A stretch of DNA of 32,000 nt from Endobacterium cereale (lineage in GTDB: Bacteria; Pseudomonadota; Alphaproteobacteria; Rhizobiales; Rhizobiaceae), in assembly GCF_009617585.1 (NCBI RefSeq), contig NZ_WIXI01000038.1:70162-102161 (forward strand), written 5' to 3'. The notes under the pieces were generated by a model. The model was given only the letters and a program-made list of their open reading frames with translations. It was not told the DNA's origin and ran no database searches. Numbering within the stretch: position 1 is the first letter of the stretch; each line of letters begins with the position of its first letter. Positions 8,115 through 16,788 of this stretch are shown piece after piece. The position numbers and the translations under genes were made by a program.

Positions 8115-10400
8115 TTACTTGATCGGCTTCAGCAGGCGCAGGGCATTCATCGTCACCAGCACCGTTGCGCCGGTATCGGCAAGAATGGCAGGCCACAGGC
8201 CGGTTATACCGATAATAGTGGTGACAAGAAAAACGGCCTTCAAACCGAGCGCGATCGCGATGTTCTGGAAAATGTTGCGCATCGTGCGCTTCGACAGATC
8301 GATCATGAGCGCGACATCGCCGACACGACCATGGAGCACGGCGGCATCGGCCGTCTCGAGCGCCACATCGGTGCCGCCCCCCATGGCAATGCCGATATCG
8401 GCGGCGGCAAGCGCCGGGGCATCGTTGATGCCATCACCGATCTTGCCAACCACATGACCTTCTTTCTTTAAGTCGACAACGATACGCTGCTTGTCCTCCG
8501 GCATCAGTTCAGCCCGAACTTCGATACCCAATTGAGCACCGACGGCCGTGGCTGTCCGTTTGTTGTCGCCGGTCAGCATCACCGTCTTCAACCCGGCATC
8601 GGTGAGGGTCTTCAAGCCCGCTATCGCGTCGGCGCGCGGCTCGTCGCGCATGGCAATAGCGCCCGCCAAGACCTCACCGATGATCAAGACCGAAACGGTC
8701 TTTCCATCATCGTTGAGCGACGAGATTGAACGGGTATGCGCAGCGGACAGGGCCACACGCTCGGCTGCGGCATTCAGTGAACCGAGAAATATCTCGGTGC
8801 CATCGATGATGGCCGTCACACCTTTGCCGCCGAGTGCCCTTGCTGCCATTGCCGGCAACAGGTCGATACCGTCTTCGTCGGCCTTTTCCAGAATAGCGAG
8901 CGCCAGCGGATGGCTCGACCCTGCCTCCAGAGACGCCGCGTAACGCAACACGTCTTCTCCCTTGCGGCCAAAGGGCAGAATATCCGTCACGACAGGCTTG
9001 CCAGCCGTCAATGTCCCGGTTTTGTCAAAAGCGACCGCCGTGAGCTTGCCGAGCCCCTCGAGCACGGCGCCCCCTTTCATTAGCAGGCCGCGACGCGCAC
9101 CGGCCGAGAGCGCTGCGGCGATCGCCGCCGGTGTCGATATCACTAGAGCGCAGGGGCAACCGATCAAAAGGATGGCGAGCCCCTTGTAGGTCCATTCGCT
9201 CCAGTCACCATCGGCAAACAACGGCGGCAATACCGCGACCAGCGCAGCAACAGCGACGACGCCTGGCGTGTAATATCGAGAGAAACGATCGATGAAACGT
9301 TCGGTTGGCGCCTTGGATTCCTGCGCCTCCTCGACGAGACGGACGACGCGAGCGATCGTATTGTCTTCGGCTGCAGCGGTGACACGCACACGAAGCGCCG
9401 CATCACCGTTGACGGTACCGGCAAACACCGGGTCGTCGACACTCTTTTGCACCGGCACGCTCTCGCCCGTCACTGGCGCCTCATCGATCGCACTTTCACC
9501 CGAAACGATGACACCATCCGCAGAAACACGATCGCCGGGACGCACGAGAATGATCGCGCCTACGGCCAAACTTTCCGCCGGAACCTCGCGGGTCTTGCCA
9601 TCGATTTCAAGCAATGCCGTTTTCGGCACCAACGCGGCAAGCGATCGTATGCTGTCGCGCGCTCGGCCAGCGGCGACACCTTCCAGAAGTTCACCGACGA
9701 GAAACAGGAATACCACGGCCGCCGCTTCTTCCGAGGCATTGATGATCAGCGCGCCAACGGCTGCGATCGTCATTAACATCTCGATCGAAAACGGGGTCCC
9801 CATACGTGCCGCCATGATGGCCCGGCGTGCGATCGGAATGAGCCCGACCATCATGGCCAGAATGAAGGCGTAGGTTGCCACCGCCGGAACGAGGTGGCCG
9901 ACACCATAGGCCGCCACCAGCGCCGCACCGGCCATGATCGTCAGCCGCCCTTTGCGACTTTTCCACCAGGGGCCGCCGCCGGTCCCATGATCATGCCCGT
10001 GAAGGTTTGCGTCGCCTTGGGAATAATCATGATGCTCGTGTCTATGACCATGGTCGCCGTTGCAGGCATGCCCGTCATGTATCGTGGCATGGTCGTGCTG
10101 CCCGTGATCATTGTGCGAGCAGTCGGGGCCGTGAACATGGTGCCCATGAGCCGGCACATCAACGGCGGCCAACTGGCCCCTTGGTGAAATGGGTTTGGCA
10201 CCATAGCCGAGCCCGGAAAGGGTTTTGCCCACGGCATCGAGATCGCTACCATTGTGCATCACCGTCATGGTGCCGGCTGTGACCGATACGGAAACATCGG
10301 TCACGCCCGGCATGCGCCTGATGGCCTTGTCGATTTTGGCTGCGCAAGACGCGCAGTCCATGCCTTCGACGCGGAAACGGGTTTGGACGGTATTGCTCAT
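8115..10400 (-). CDS. zntA: heavy-metal translocating P1B-type ATPase (Zn/Cd/Pb-type, ZntA/CadA-like)
   Basis: 761-aa ORF with an N-terminal HMA domain (GMDCASCAAKI), a His-rich linker, the CPC transmembrane motif (LLIGCPCALVISTP), the DKTGTLT phosphorylation site and the GDGINDAPAL hinge. Confidence 0.9.
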   Translation of the reverse strand: MSNTVQTRFRVEGMDCASCAAKIDKAIRRMPGVTDVSVSVTAGTMTVMHNGSDLDAVGKTLSGLGYGAKPISPRGQLAAVDVPAHGHHVHGPDCSHNDHGQHDHATIHDGHACNGDHGHRHEHHDYSQGDANLHGHDHGTGGGPWWKSRKGRLTIMAGAALVAAYGVGHLVPAVATYAFILAMMVGLIPIARRAIMAARMGTPFSIEMLMTIAAVGALIINASEEAAAVVFLFLVGELLEGVAAGRARDSIRSLAALVPKTALLEIDGKTREVPAESLAVGAIILVRPGDRVSADGVIVSGESAIDEAPVTGESVPVQKSVDDPVFAGTVNGDAALRVRVTAAAEDNTIARVVRLVEEAQESKAPTERFIDRFSRYYTPGVVAVAALVAVLPPLFADGDWSEWTYKGLAILLIGCPCALVISTPAAIAAALSAGARRGLLMKGGAVLEGLGKLTAVAFDKTGTLTAGKPVVTDILPFGRKGEDVLRYAASLEAGSSHPLALAILEKADEDGIDLLPAMAARALGGKGVTAIIDGTEIFLGSLNAAAERVALSAAHTRSISSLNDDGKTVSVLIIGEVLAGAIAMRDEPRADAIAGLKTLTDAGLKTVMLTGDNKRTATAVGAQLGIEVRAELMPEDKQRIVVDLKKEGHVVGKIGDGINDAPALAAADIGIAMGGGTDVALETADAAVLHGRVGDVALMIDLSKRTMRNIFQNIAIALGLKAVFLVTTIIGITGLWPAILADTGATVLVTMNALRLLKPIK

Positions 10401-10427
10401 CGAATGATCCTCTTGGCACTTGGATCA

Positions 10428-10458
10428 TTCCTACGACCTCTAGTAACTAGAGGTGCAA
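10428..10458 (-). promoter_or_regulatory. MerR-type promoter of the ATPase gene: -35 TTGCAC, 19-bp spacer containing a perfect 9-1-9 palindrome, -10 TAGGAA
   Basis: The minus strand reads cTTGCACctctagttactagaggtcgTAGGAAt. The palindrome ACCTCTAGT-A-ACTAGAGGT occupies 10436-10454, centred in the overlong spacer. This is the hallmark of MerR-family activated promoters. Confidence 0.7.
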
Positions 10459-10524
10459 GACCGAAATTAGAATTTTCTCACGCAGCACGAAACGTGAAAA
10501 ACGAAGGCACCGAGTGATGGACGA

Positions 10525-11334
10525 TCACACAGCGTTTTTGGGTGGTGCTTTTTCGAGATGTTCCATCAGGTAGGCATGGGTGGCCGCATTGGCGACGATC
10601 AGCGTGCCGGTCCGCTCATAGACGTCGGGACCGCGCCCCCACCAATCGGTCACGATACCGCCTGCCTCCTGCACCAGCAGAATACCGGCGGCCGTATCGA
10701 TGAAACCGGTCTCTTCGTAATATCCGGTAAGCCTGCCGCAGGCGACATAGGCGCAGGAATTGGCCGCACTGCCGACAATACGAACCGCGCCGATGCGCGC
10801 ACGGATTTCGTCCAGACGCTGATAGGCCCCCGGATGCAGCGACAGGTTGGGAGTGGGAAGGCCCGTGCCCACGCACATCAGCGCGACATCCGTTGAAGCG
10901 CTGACCTGAAGCCGGACACCATTGAGATAAGCCCCCTCGCCCTTGATTGCCGTAAACATCTCGTCCGATACAGGATTGTAGATGAGACCGCACATGGTTT
11001 CATTGCCGCGACGCAACGAAATGGTGATCGTATAATGTTGGCCATAGATAAAATTGGTGGTGCCATCAATCGGGTCTACCAGCCAACGATGGTCATCATC
11101 CGCACCATCGACCGGTGCAAATTCTTCGCCGGTGAGCCCCCAGGGATAGCGGCTTAGCAGGCGTTCCCGGATCAGCGTCTCGGACTCCTTGTCGGCATCC
11201 GAAACGAAATCCCCCGGCCCCTTGACGCCGATTTCGATATCACGAAAACGCTTGAAGTGCTCAAGCGTGAGGGCGCCTGCTTCACGGGCGGTTGCGACCA
11301 TGTGGTCGAGAATGTTGCTGTAGTTGACTGTCAT
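10525..11334 (-). CDS. inositol monophosphatase family protein
   Basis: 269-aa ORF with the IMPase motifs WLVDPIDGTTNFIYG and ...GSAANSCAYVACG. Its ATG overlaps the upstream gene's TGA (ATGA coupling). Confidence 0.85.
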   Translation of the reverse strand: MTVNYSNILDHMVATAREAGALTLEHFKRFRDIEIGVKGPGDFVSDADKESETLIRERLLSRYPWGLTGEEFAPVDGADDDHRWLVDPIDGTTNFIYGQHYTITISLRRGNETMCGLIYNPVSDEMFTAIKGEGAYLNGVRLQVSASTDVALMCVGTGLPTPNLSLHPGAYQRLDEIRARIGAVRIVGSAANSCAYVACGRLTGYYEETGFIDTAAGILLVQEAGGIVTDWWGRGPDVYERTGTLIVANAATHAYLMEHLEKAPPKNAV

Positions 11335-12167
11335 GAACTGAGGGCCTTGGCTAACCCTTCCGGGTCATCTGTGGTGATCTGGTCGACCTTGAGCCTCAGC
11401 AGGCGATCGATCCGAACGATGGTTTCGGGAGTGATGTGATTGATCGTCCAGGCATCGACCTTGCGACCGGCTGCATGGACAGGTTCAATGATGTCGACGC
11501 CTGCATCGGCCGCTGAAAGAATGATGTCCCAGGCGAGGTAGATCATCTTGGCATCGGGCGCCTTGGAAAGGGCCTGCTCGATGAAGGAACGGTAGTCACC
11601 GGTCGCCTTCAATCGCGCCAGGCTTTCGCCATAACAGGGATCGTAACCGGTAGCGATGCCAGGCGCAGCCTTCGCGAGCGCCGCAATGGCGTCAAAATCG
11701 CCTCCTGAGAGGATCAGCGATCCGATGATCGGCGCAACGCTTTTTCCAAAATTGGCGATCACCTGCGAGTTGAGCGCGGAAAAGCCTTCCTTGAAATCGA
11801 GCTGCAGCAGGGCATCGGGATGCGCGCCCTCCCTGGCCAAGAGCCCGCAGAGATCTTCCAGCAATAGGACCTTGTCGGCAATCGGCTCACCATCATTGCC
11901 ACGCAAATGCATTTCACGTAGCGCGGCCGCATTGGTATCGCGCACCTTGCCACTGCCTGTGGTTTCCCGCTGAAGCGTCAGATCGTGCAGCACTGCACAA
12001 CCTTCATTCCCATGGATGACGAGATCGATTTCCACACTGGCACCAACCTGCATCGCTTCGATGATGCGTTCACCGGTAAAGACGGGATCGCTCAGGCGGC
12101 GGCGGCCACGATGCCATTTGATCGAGGTGCGGTGCCCATCGCGATCAAGGTGAAGAGGTGCGTTCAC
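11331..12167 (-). CDS. glycerophosphodiester phosphodiesterase (GDPD) family protein
   Basis: 278-aa ORF with a GTG start preceded by GGAG. The pattern HRG...E..IEAMQVGASVEIDLVIHGNEGCAVLHD...RETTGSG fits the GDPD fold signature. Confidence 0.7.
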   Translation of the reverse strand: MNAPLHLDRDGHRTSIKWHRGRRRLSDPVFTGERIIEAMQVGASVEIDLVIHGNEGCAVLHDLTLQRETTGSGKVRDTNAAALREMHLRGNDGEPIADKVLLLEDLCGLLAREGAHPDALLQLDFKEGFSALNSQVIANFGKSVAPIIGSLILSGGDFDAIAALAKAAPGIATGYDPCYGESLARLKATGDYRSFIEQALSKAPDAKMIYLAWDIILSAADAGVDIIEPVHAAGRKVDAWTINHITPETIVRIDRLLRLKVDQITTDDPEGLAKALSS

Positions 12168-12168
12168 A

Positions 12169-13203
12169 TCAGCTCCGATAAATCTGCTGGTTGTCGCGAT
12201 AGGCAGCGATGGCGCGTGGGAAAACGTCTACCCCCTGTCCCGCGCGGAACAGATCGGGATGGGCCACCATCGATTTCAGTCGCGTGCCATCGGCAAGATC
12301 AAGATCGACCAGACCGTGCGAACCATAGTCGGTCACACGGTGCACACTTGCCTTTGGAGTGTCCGACGCAGTGACATCCAGTGATTCCGGACGGATGGCA
12401 AGCGTGGCTGGGCCGTCAGGCACCTGCAACTGGACTGTAAGGTCGGAGCGCATGAAATATCCATTACGGACTTCTCCATCGATCAGGTTCATGCTGCCGA
12501 TAAAACCGGCAACAAATGGCGTTTTCGGATCGCGATAAACCACATCGGGACGGTCGATCTGTTCCGTCTTACCGTTTGCCATGACGACGATACGGTCAGC
12601 CATGGAAAGGGCTTCGTCCTGACCGTGGGTGACGAACAGGGTGGTGATGCCGAGACGCTGCTGGATGTCGCGCACCTCTTCCCGAAGGCGCTCGCGCAAA
12701 TGCTGGTCGAGGCTGGCAAAGGGTTCGTCAAGAAGCAGGATCTTGGGCTCCAACACCAGAGAACGAGCAAGCGCCACACGCTGCTGCTGGCCACCGGACA
12801 ACTGCGTGGTCATGCGATCCCCATAACCGGCGAGACCAACCAGATCGAGCACGGCCTCGACCTTATCCCTGATCTCAGCCGCCGGCATCCGCCGTAGTTT
12901 TAGACCGAAAGCAAGATTCTTGAAAACGTTCATGTGGGTCCAGAGCGCATGGCTCTGAAACACCATGCCCGTCGGACGACGCTCGGGGGGCAGATGGGTT
13001 ACATCTTCGCCATCAATGGTGATGGACCCGCTGGTCGGCTGCTCGAAACCGCCAACCATGCGCAACAGAGTGGATTTTCCGGAACCGGAAGGCCCAAGAA
13101 GGCAGACAAGTTCACCATCTGCAACATCAAGCGAAAAACTGTCGACAGCCTTGGCGCCAGCCGAAAAGGTCTTGGTGACCTCAGCGATATGAAGAACGGA
13201 CAT
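12169..13203 (-). CDS. ABC transporter ATP-binding protein (PotA/UgpC-like, with C-terminal TOBE-like domain)
   Basis: Walker A GPSGSGKST, signature LSGGQQQR and Walker B LLLDEP are present. I place the start at MSVLHIAEV (ATG, complement of 13201-13203). The ORF-track extension to 13398 overlaps the permease gene and looks non-coding. Confidence 0.85.
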   Translation of the reverse strand: MSVLHIAEVTKTFSAGAKAVDSFSLDVADGELVCLLGPSGSGKSTLLRMVGGFEQPTSGSITIDGEDVTHLPPERRPTGMVFQSHALWTHMNVFKNLAFGLKLRRMPAAEIRDKVEAVLDLVGLAGYGDRMTTQLSGGQQQRVALARSLVLEPKILLLDEPFASLDQHLRERLREEVRDIQQRLGITTLFVTHGQDEALSMADRIVVMANGKTEQIDRPDVVYRDPKTPFVAGFIGSMNLIDGEVRNGYFMRSDLTVQLQVPDGPATLAIRPESLDVTASDTPKASVHRVTDYGSHGLVDLDLADGTRLKSMVAHPDLFRAGQGVDVFPRAIAAYRDNQQIYRS

Positions 13204-13211
13204 GATGTTTC

Positions 13212-14036
13212 CTAACCGCCGAAACCGCGAGCAAAAGCTCCGCCGCCGATGACACGGCGGGCGAACATGAGGGCAATAAACGAGGGCACCCAGAGAAGGA
13301 CGGATAATACGGCCCCGAACTGGATGACCATCTGGTTGTTGATGAAACTGATCATCAGCACCGGCATCGTGCGAATACCGGGAGCCCCGATAAGCCATGC
13401 TCCCTCTGTCTCATAGAATGTCCCGACAAAACTCAGCAGTACGGCAGCAGCAATTGTCGGCCCTGCCTGCGGCAGGGTAACAGACCAGAACACACGAAAC
13501 GGACCGGCTCCGACATCGCGGGCGGCCTCCTCCATGCGTCGATCGACGGACTGAAAAGCCGCGACCGGAATCCAGATCATGAACATCAATGTGCCGACCA
13601 ACTGAATCAGAACGACGCCCCAGAAGGTTCCGATAAGATCGAGTTGCAGGAAGATGGCGGCGATCGCCACCAGGAGCCCGAACTTCGGAAAGGCATGACC
13701 GGCAAGAAATGAGAAGAACAGAATGTTGCGGCCCGGAAAATTCATCCGGGCAAATGCATAGGCAGCAGGAAGGCAGATCAGGGCCGACAGTAAAGTCACG
13801 ACCGTCGTCAATTGCAGACTCAGCATCAACGCATTCCAGACATCGGCACGACCGAGCGTTTGCGCCCAAAACCGAAAGCCGAATTGCTGCGGAATGACGT
13901 TCGGATAACGCCACACTTCGGTGAAAGCCCAGGTGCCGACGACAAGCAAAGGCCCGACGATGGCAATCGTCAGAAGCCCGGCAAAGAAGATACCCAGCCA
14001 ATCGATGCGACCACGCGCAGTCGTCATTGTACTCAT
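13212..14036 (-). CDS. ABC transporter permease
   Basis: Multi-pass hydrophobic protein with an EAA-like loop (EEAARDVGAGPFRVFWSVTLP). The start is chosen at MSTMTT (ATG at 14036), preceded by GGGAGAAA. The longer ORF-track start at 14072 would overlap the previous gene by 35 nt. Confidence 0.8.
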   Translation of the reverse strand: MSTMTTARGRIDWLGIFFAGLLTIAIVGPLLVVGTWAFTEVWRYPNVIPQQFGFRFWAQTLGRADVWNALMLSLQLTTVVTLLSALICLPAAYAFARMNFPGRNILFFSFLAGHAFPKFGLLVAIAAIFLQLDLIGTFWGVVLIQLVGTLMFMIWIPVAAFQSVDRRMEEAARDVGAGPFRVFWSVTLPQAGPTIAAAVLLSFVGTFYETEGAWLIGAPGIRTMPVLMISFINNQMVIQFGAVLSVLLWVPSFIALMFARRVIGGGAFARGFGG

Positions 14037-14037
14037 T

Positions 14038-14922
14038 CTATTTCTCCCGACTGCGCGCGACCGAACGCACATAAAACAGCCCGAACACGATACAGAAGCC
14101 GAAGGCGATCACGGCCTGCGTCATCGCTCCGACCGGGTCCTGCACCTCACGTAAAGTGCGCTGCATGAAGGGACCAAGCATTTCAGGCGAGGCCGGACCA
14201 AGCAGATAAGGCAATGTAAAGGAGGAGAAGATGCCAAGGACCGAAAAAGAAAGCGCCACAAGGATGGAGTTGGATATCCGCGGCAGGATGATGTGCCAAA
14301 ACACCTGCACGGCGTTGGCGCCCACGTCGCGCGCAGCTTCTATGGACTGGTTGGCGACGCTGCCAAGACCCGCAAGCAGGATCAGAACCGTCAAGGGAAT
14401 ATTATCCCAGACAAGGCCGATAACCGGCCCCCAAGGCGTCAGGTAGGGCGTGCGGATTTTCGGCAGATCCACAGCGTTGAAAAGAATATCCACCATGCCG
14501 TTCGGGCCGAGCACCCGGATGAAGGCGAATGCAAGGATAATCGAGGGCACGAACATCGGGAAAATCGCAAGCGCCTGCACATAAGCTGCCAATCGACCGC
14601 GGGAGAAACGCAAATACAGCGCTATCGGCAGGCAAATCATCAATAGCAGGATGGCGCAGACCAGGGTCGTCCACAGCGTTATGGACAAATTATCGAGACT
14701 ATAGCTGTCGGAAAAAAAGAAAGCATAACTCGACAGGTCGAAGCCCATCTCGCCGCTTTTATCCTTACGCCAGACGGTGCGGCTGATTGCATTGATGGCC
14801 GGCCAGATCACCAGCCAGATCACCAGGAAAACAGGAATGGCGACAAACAGGAGACCGATGGGCCTCCTGCTTTCTGCTGTGTCTACGAGCGGACGAACCG
14901 CCTGTTTAGTCGCCTCACTCAC
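14038..14922 (-). CDS. ABC transporter permease
   Basis: Hydrophobic protein with an EAA-like loop (IEAARDVGANAVQVFWHIILP). The most plausible start is the GTG at 14922, which overlaps the binding-protein TGA (GTGA). The exact start is uncertain. Confidence 0.75.
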   Translation of the reverse strand: MSEATKQAVRPLVDTAESRRPIGLLFVAIPVFLVIWLVIWPAINAISRTVWRKDKSGEMGFDLSSYAFFFSDSYSLDNLSITLWTTLVCAILLLMICLPIALYLRFSRGRLAAYVQALAIFPMFVPSIILAFAFIRVLGPNGMVDILFNAVDLPKIRTPYLTPWGPVIGLVWDNIPLTVLILLAGLGSVANQSIEAARDVGANAVQVFWHIILPRISNSILVALSFSVLGIFSSFTLPYLLGPASPEMLGPFMQRTLREVQDPVGAMTQAVIAFGFCIVFGLFYVRSVARSREK

Positions 14923-16070
14923 GACTTGCGATCGATGCTCGGCGCAACGTTGCGATACCAGCCATCGTTGATGGCGGCTTCCCACTTTCCGCCGGGAAAG
15001 GTCGGAATCGATTGGGGAATGATGTCGGCGAATTTTTCACGCAGTTCAGGAGAGATGTGACCCCAAGACACACCCGGGAACCCGCCGAGTTCCGTCAGAA
15101 TGGCTCCCTGCATTTCTTCCGAGAGAATAAAATCGGCCAGCTTGAGGGCTGCATCACGATTTGCGCCATTATCCAGCACAACTGCCCGCGAAAAATTGCC
15201 GCAAAGCGCCAGATCCTGCAATTGCACCAATCCGGTTTCCGCCGGCAGCACTCCCTGATCGATTGCCTGCAGCACCTGGTCAGACCATACCGGGATCATC
15301 GTCACAACGCCTTGCGAGAGGAGTTGCACGGACTGGGTATTGCCGGAGGAATAAGCTCCCTTATCATAAAGCGACGGTGCGATATCGGCCAGCAGTTTCC
15401 AGGCCTTGCCGAGCGCCTCATCGCCGAATTCCTGAGTGTAGTTGCTGACGGTGAAAGCGTTCGGATCACGGCCATTCGCTTCATGGATAGCGCGACGAAC
15501 AAAATTTCCGCCGGAGCCACCCTTGTCGGGGCGATTGTAGACAAACTGACCTGGATTGGCCTTGATCCAGGCAACCAGATCGGCCCAGTTTTTCGGCACA
15601 TCGGCCGGCTTCAGCTTCGTTTTGTCATAAGCGAGCAGAACCTGACTGCCACGATAGGGAAGACTGTAATCGCTCTGGATCGCGAGCGGATTGACGCGGG
15701 CATAGTTGGACAGACCTGCCTTTGCCATATTCACGTAGATGCCAGCCTCAATGGCGCCTGCAGGCAACAACGGATCGGAATGCTCGAAATAGTCCGCTTG
15801 AGGATCAGTTCCGGTCTGCTTGGCAGCGATAGCACGCTCGGCAATTGCAATAATGCCGGCATTGTCGCCTGCATCAACAAGATTAAGCTTGATGCCGGCA
15901 TTGGCAGCCTCGAAAGCCGGCTTGACGGTATTGGCCCAGAAATCGAGCACATTGGTATCGGACCCCGTATACCAGTCAATCGTGCCCTTGGCAGCGAAGC
16001 TCATACGAGGCGCAATCATCATACCAGCGGCAGCGCCAGCGGCGGACATCACAAAGGTGCGGCGTTTCAT
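14919..16070 (-). CDS. ABC transporter periplasmic substrate-binding protein (Tat/Sec signal peptide)
   Basis: 383-aa ORF. N-terminal MKRRTFVMSAAGAAAGMMIAPRMSFA resembles a twin-arginine signal. It is the first gene of the minus-strand operon and is preceded by GGAGAC. Confidence 0.8.
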   Translation of the reverse strand: MKRRTFVMSAAGAAAGMMIAPRMSFAAKGTIDWYTGSDTNVLDFWANTVKPAFEAANAGIKLNLVDAGDNAGIIAIAERAIAAKQTGTDPQADYFEHSDPLLPAGAIEAGIYVNMAKAGLSNYARVNPLAIQSDYSLPYRGSQVLLAYDKTKLKPADVPKNWADLVAWIKANPGQFVYNRPDKGGSGGNFVRRAIHEANGRDPNAFTVSNYTQEFGDEALGKAWKLLADIAPSLYDKGAYSSGNTQSVQLLSQGVVTMIPVWSDQVLQAIDQGVLPAETGLVQLQDLALCGNFSRAVVLDNGANRDAALKLADFILSEEMQGAILTELGGFPGVSWGHISPELREKFADIIPQSIPTFPGGKWEAAINDGWYRNVAPSIDRKS

Positions 16071-16633
16071 AATTGTCTCCGGTTAAGTCGGCTCGTGATT
16101 GGCCAAGCGCCGCTCCAATCGCAAGGCGACGCCATCCGGCAGACATACACACGCGTGCATGAACCCACCGAAACGGAGACGGTTCTATTTCGGGTTCATA
16201 ACGTCTTCATGACAAGAAAGAACGTGATCGCGCGTGCAAAGCATTGCAAACCAACGCGTCCCGCATCACCTCAAGCGCCCGGACGGCAGCCCCGAATAAA
16301 ACCAGCGCCCAATTCAGGTATGCCTTCCAGATTTCACTGAAACAGATGCTCTGCTTTATCGAGAGCGAAGGAAGCGAAAGATAGAATTGCTACCAAACGC
16401 ATAATCCCCCAGTTACCGCGCCTATGCCGCCCACTCTCGGTGATTGTTAAAGCTATGCTTTTCAGGAGAAACCAGCTTACGCGTACTCTAGCCCGTATCG
16501 CTGTACCGCAATGATCGATTGGTCCGGCACCAACACGCGCGCCAGCAAGGAAACTCAATCATTCAAGAGGAAACGTTTTCCCAAATCGGAAACGTAGAGA
16601 GGAATGATGATCATAGCATGAGAAGGGTAAATT

Positions 16634-16648
16634 ATGGCGGAGAGGGTG
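16634..16648. repeat. 15-bp direct repeat ATGGCGGAGAGGGTG (island-distal att site; a duplicated copy of the tRNA-Ser 3' end)
   Basis: Identical to 27218-27232. Flanking similarity continues imperfectly leftward (ggtaaATT-atggcgg versus ggtaa-atggcgg). Confidence 0.8.
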
Positions 16649-16788
16649 TCCGCTTGGATCACTTCCAAGAACTTCTGGTGAGTTTCAGTAACGCATTAAC
16701 CATAATGGATTTTTCTTTCGCCACTGACTAGACAGGCCTGGTGGGCTCCAGCACGTTCCAACTTGTATTTGTGGGTAGGAACGTGGGT

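Noticed and set aside
9980-10148. CAT/GAT-rich stretch as a possible DNA tandem repeat
   Set aside because: There is no fixed repeat unit. The bias is explained by the His/Asp-rich protein linker of the ATPase.
13204-13398. 65-codon N-terminal extension of the ABC ATPase ORF
   Set aside because: It overlaps the 3' end of the upstream permease gene and is Arg/His/Pro-rich. The canonical ATPase N-terminus begins at MSVLHIAEV.
15012-16340. 442-aa plus-strand ORF, the longest ORF in this part of the track
   Set aside because: It is entirely antisense to the well-supported substrate-binding-protein gene. It is Arg/Gly/Ile-rich with no motif, typical of a stop-poor shadow frame in GC-rich DNA.
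16334-16558. 74-aa minus-strand ORF in the non-coding gap next to the island
   Set aside because: No RBS or recognisable motif, odd composition, and nothing to support coding.
16741-16788. GTG-initiated 16-codon extension of the integrase
   Set aside because: The ATG at 16789 yields an N-terminus that fits the P4-like integrase pattern. The extension covers the GTGGGTA repeats, which look regulatory.
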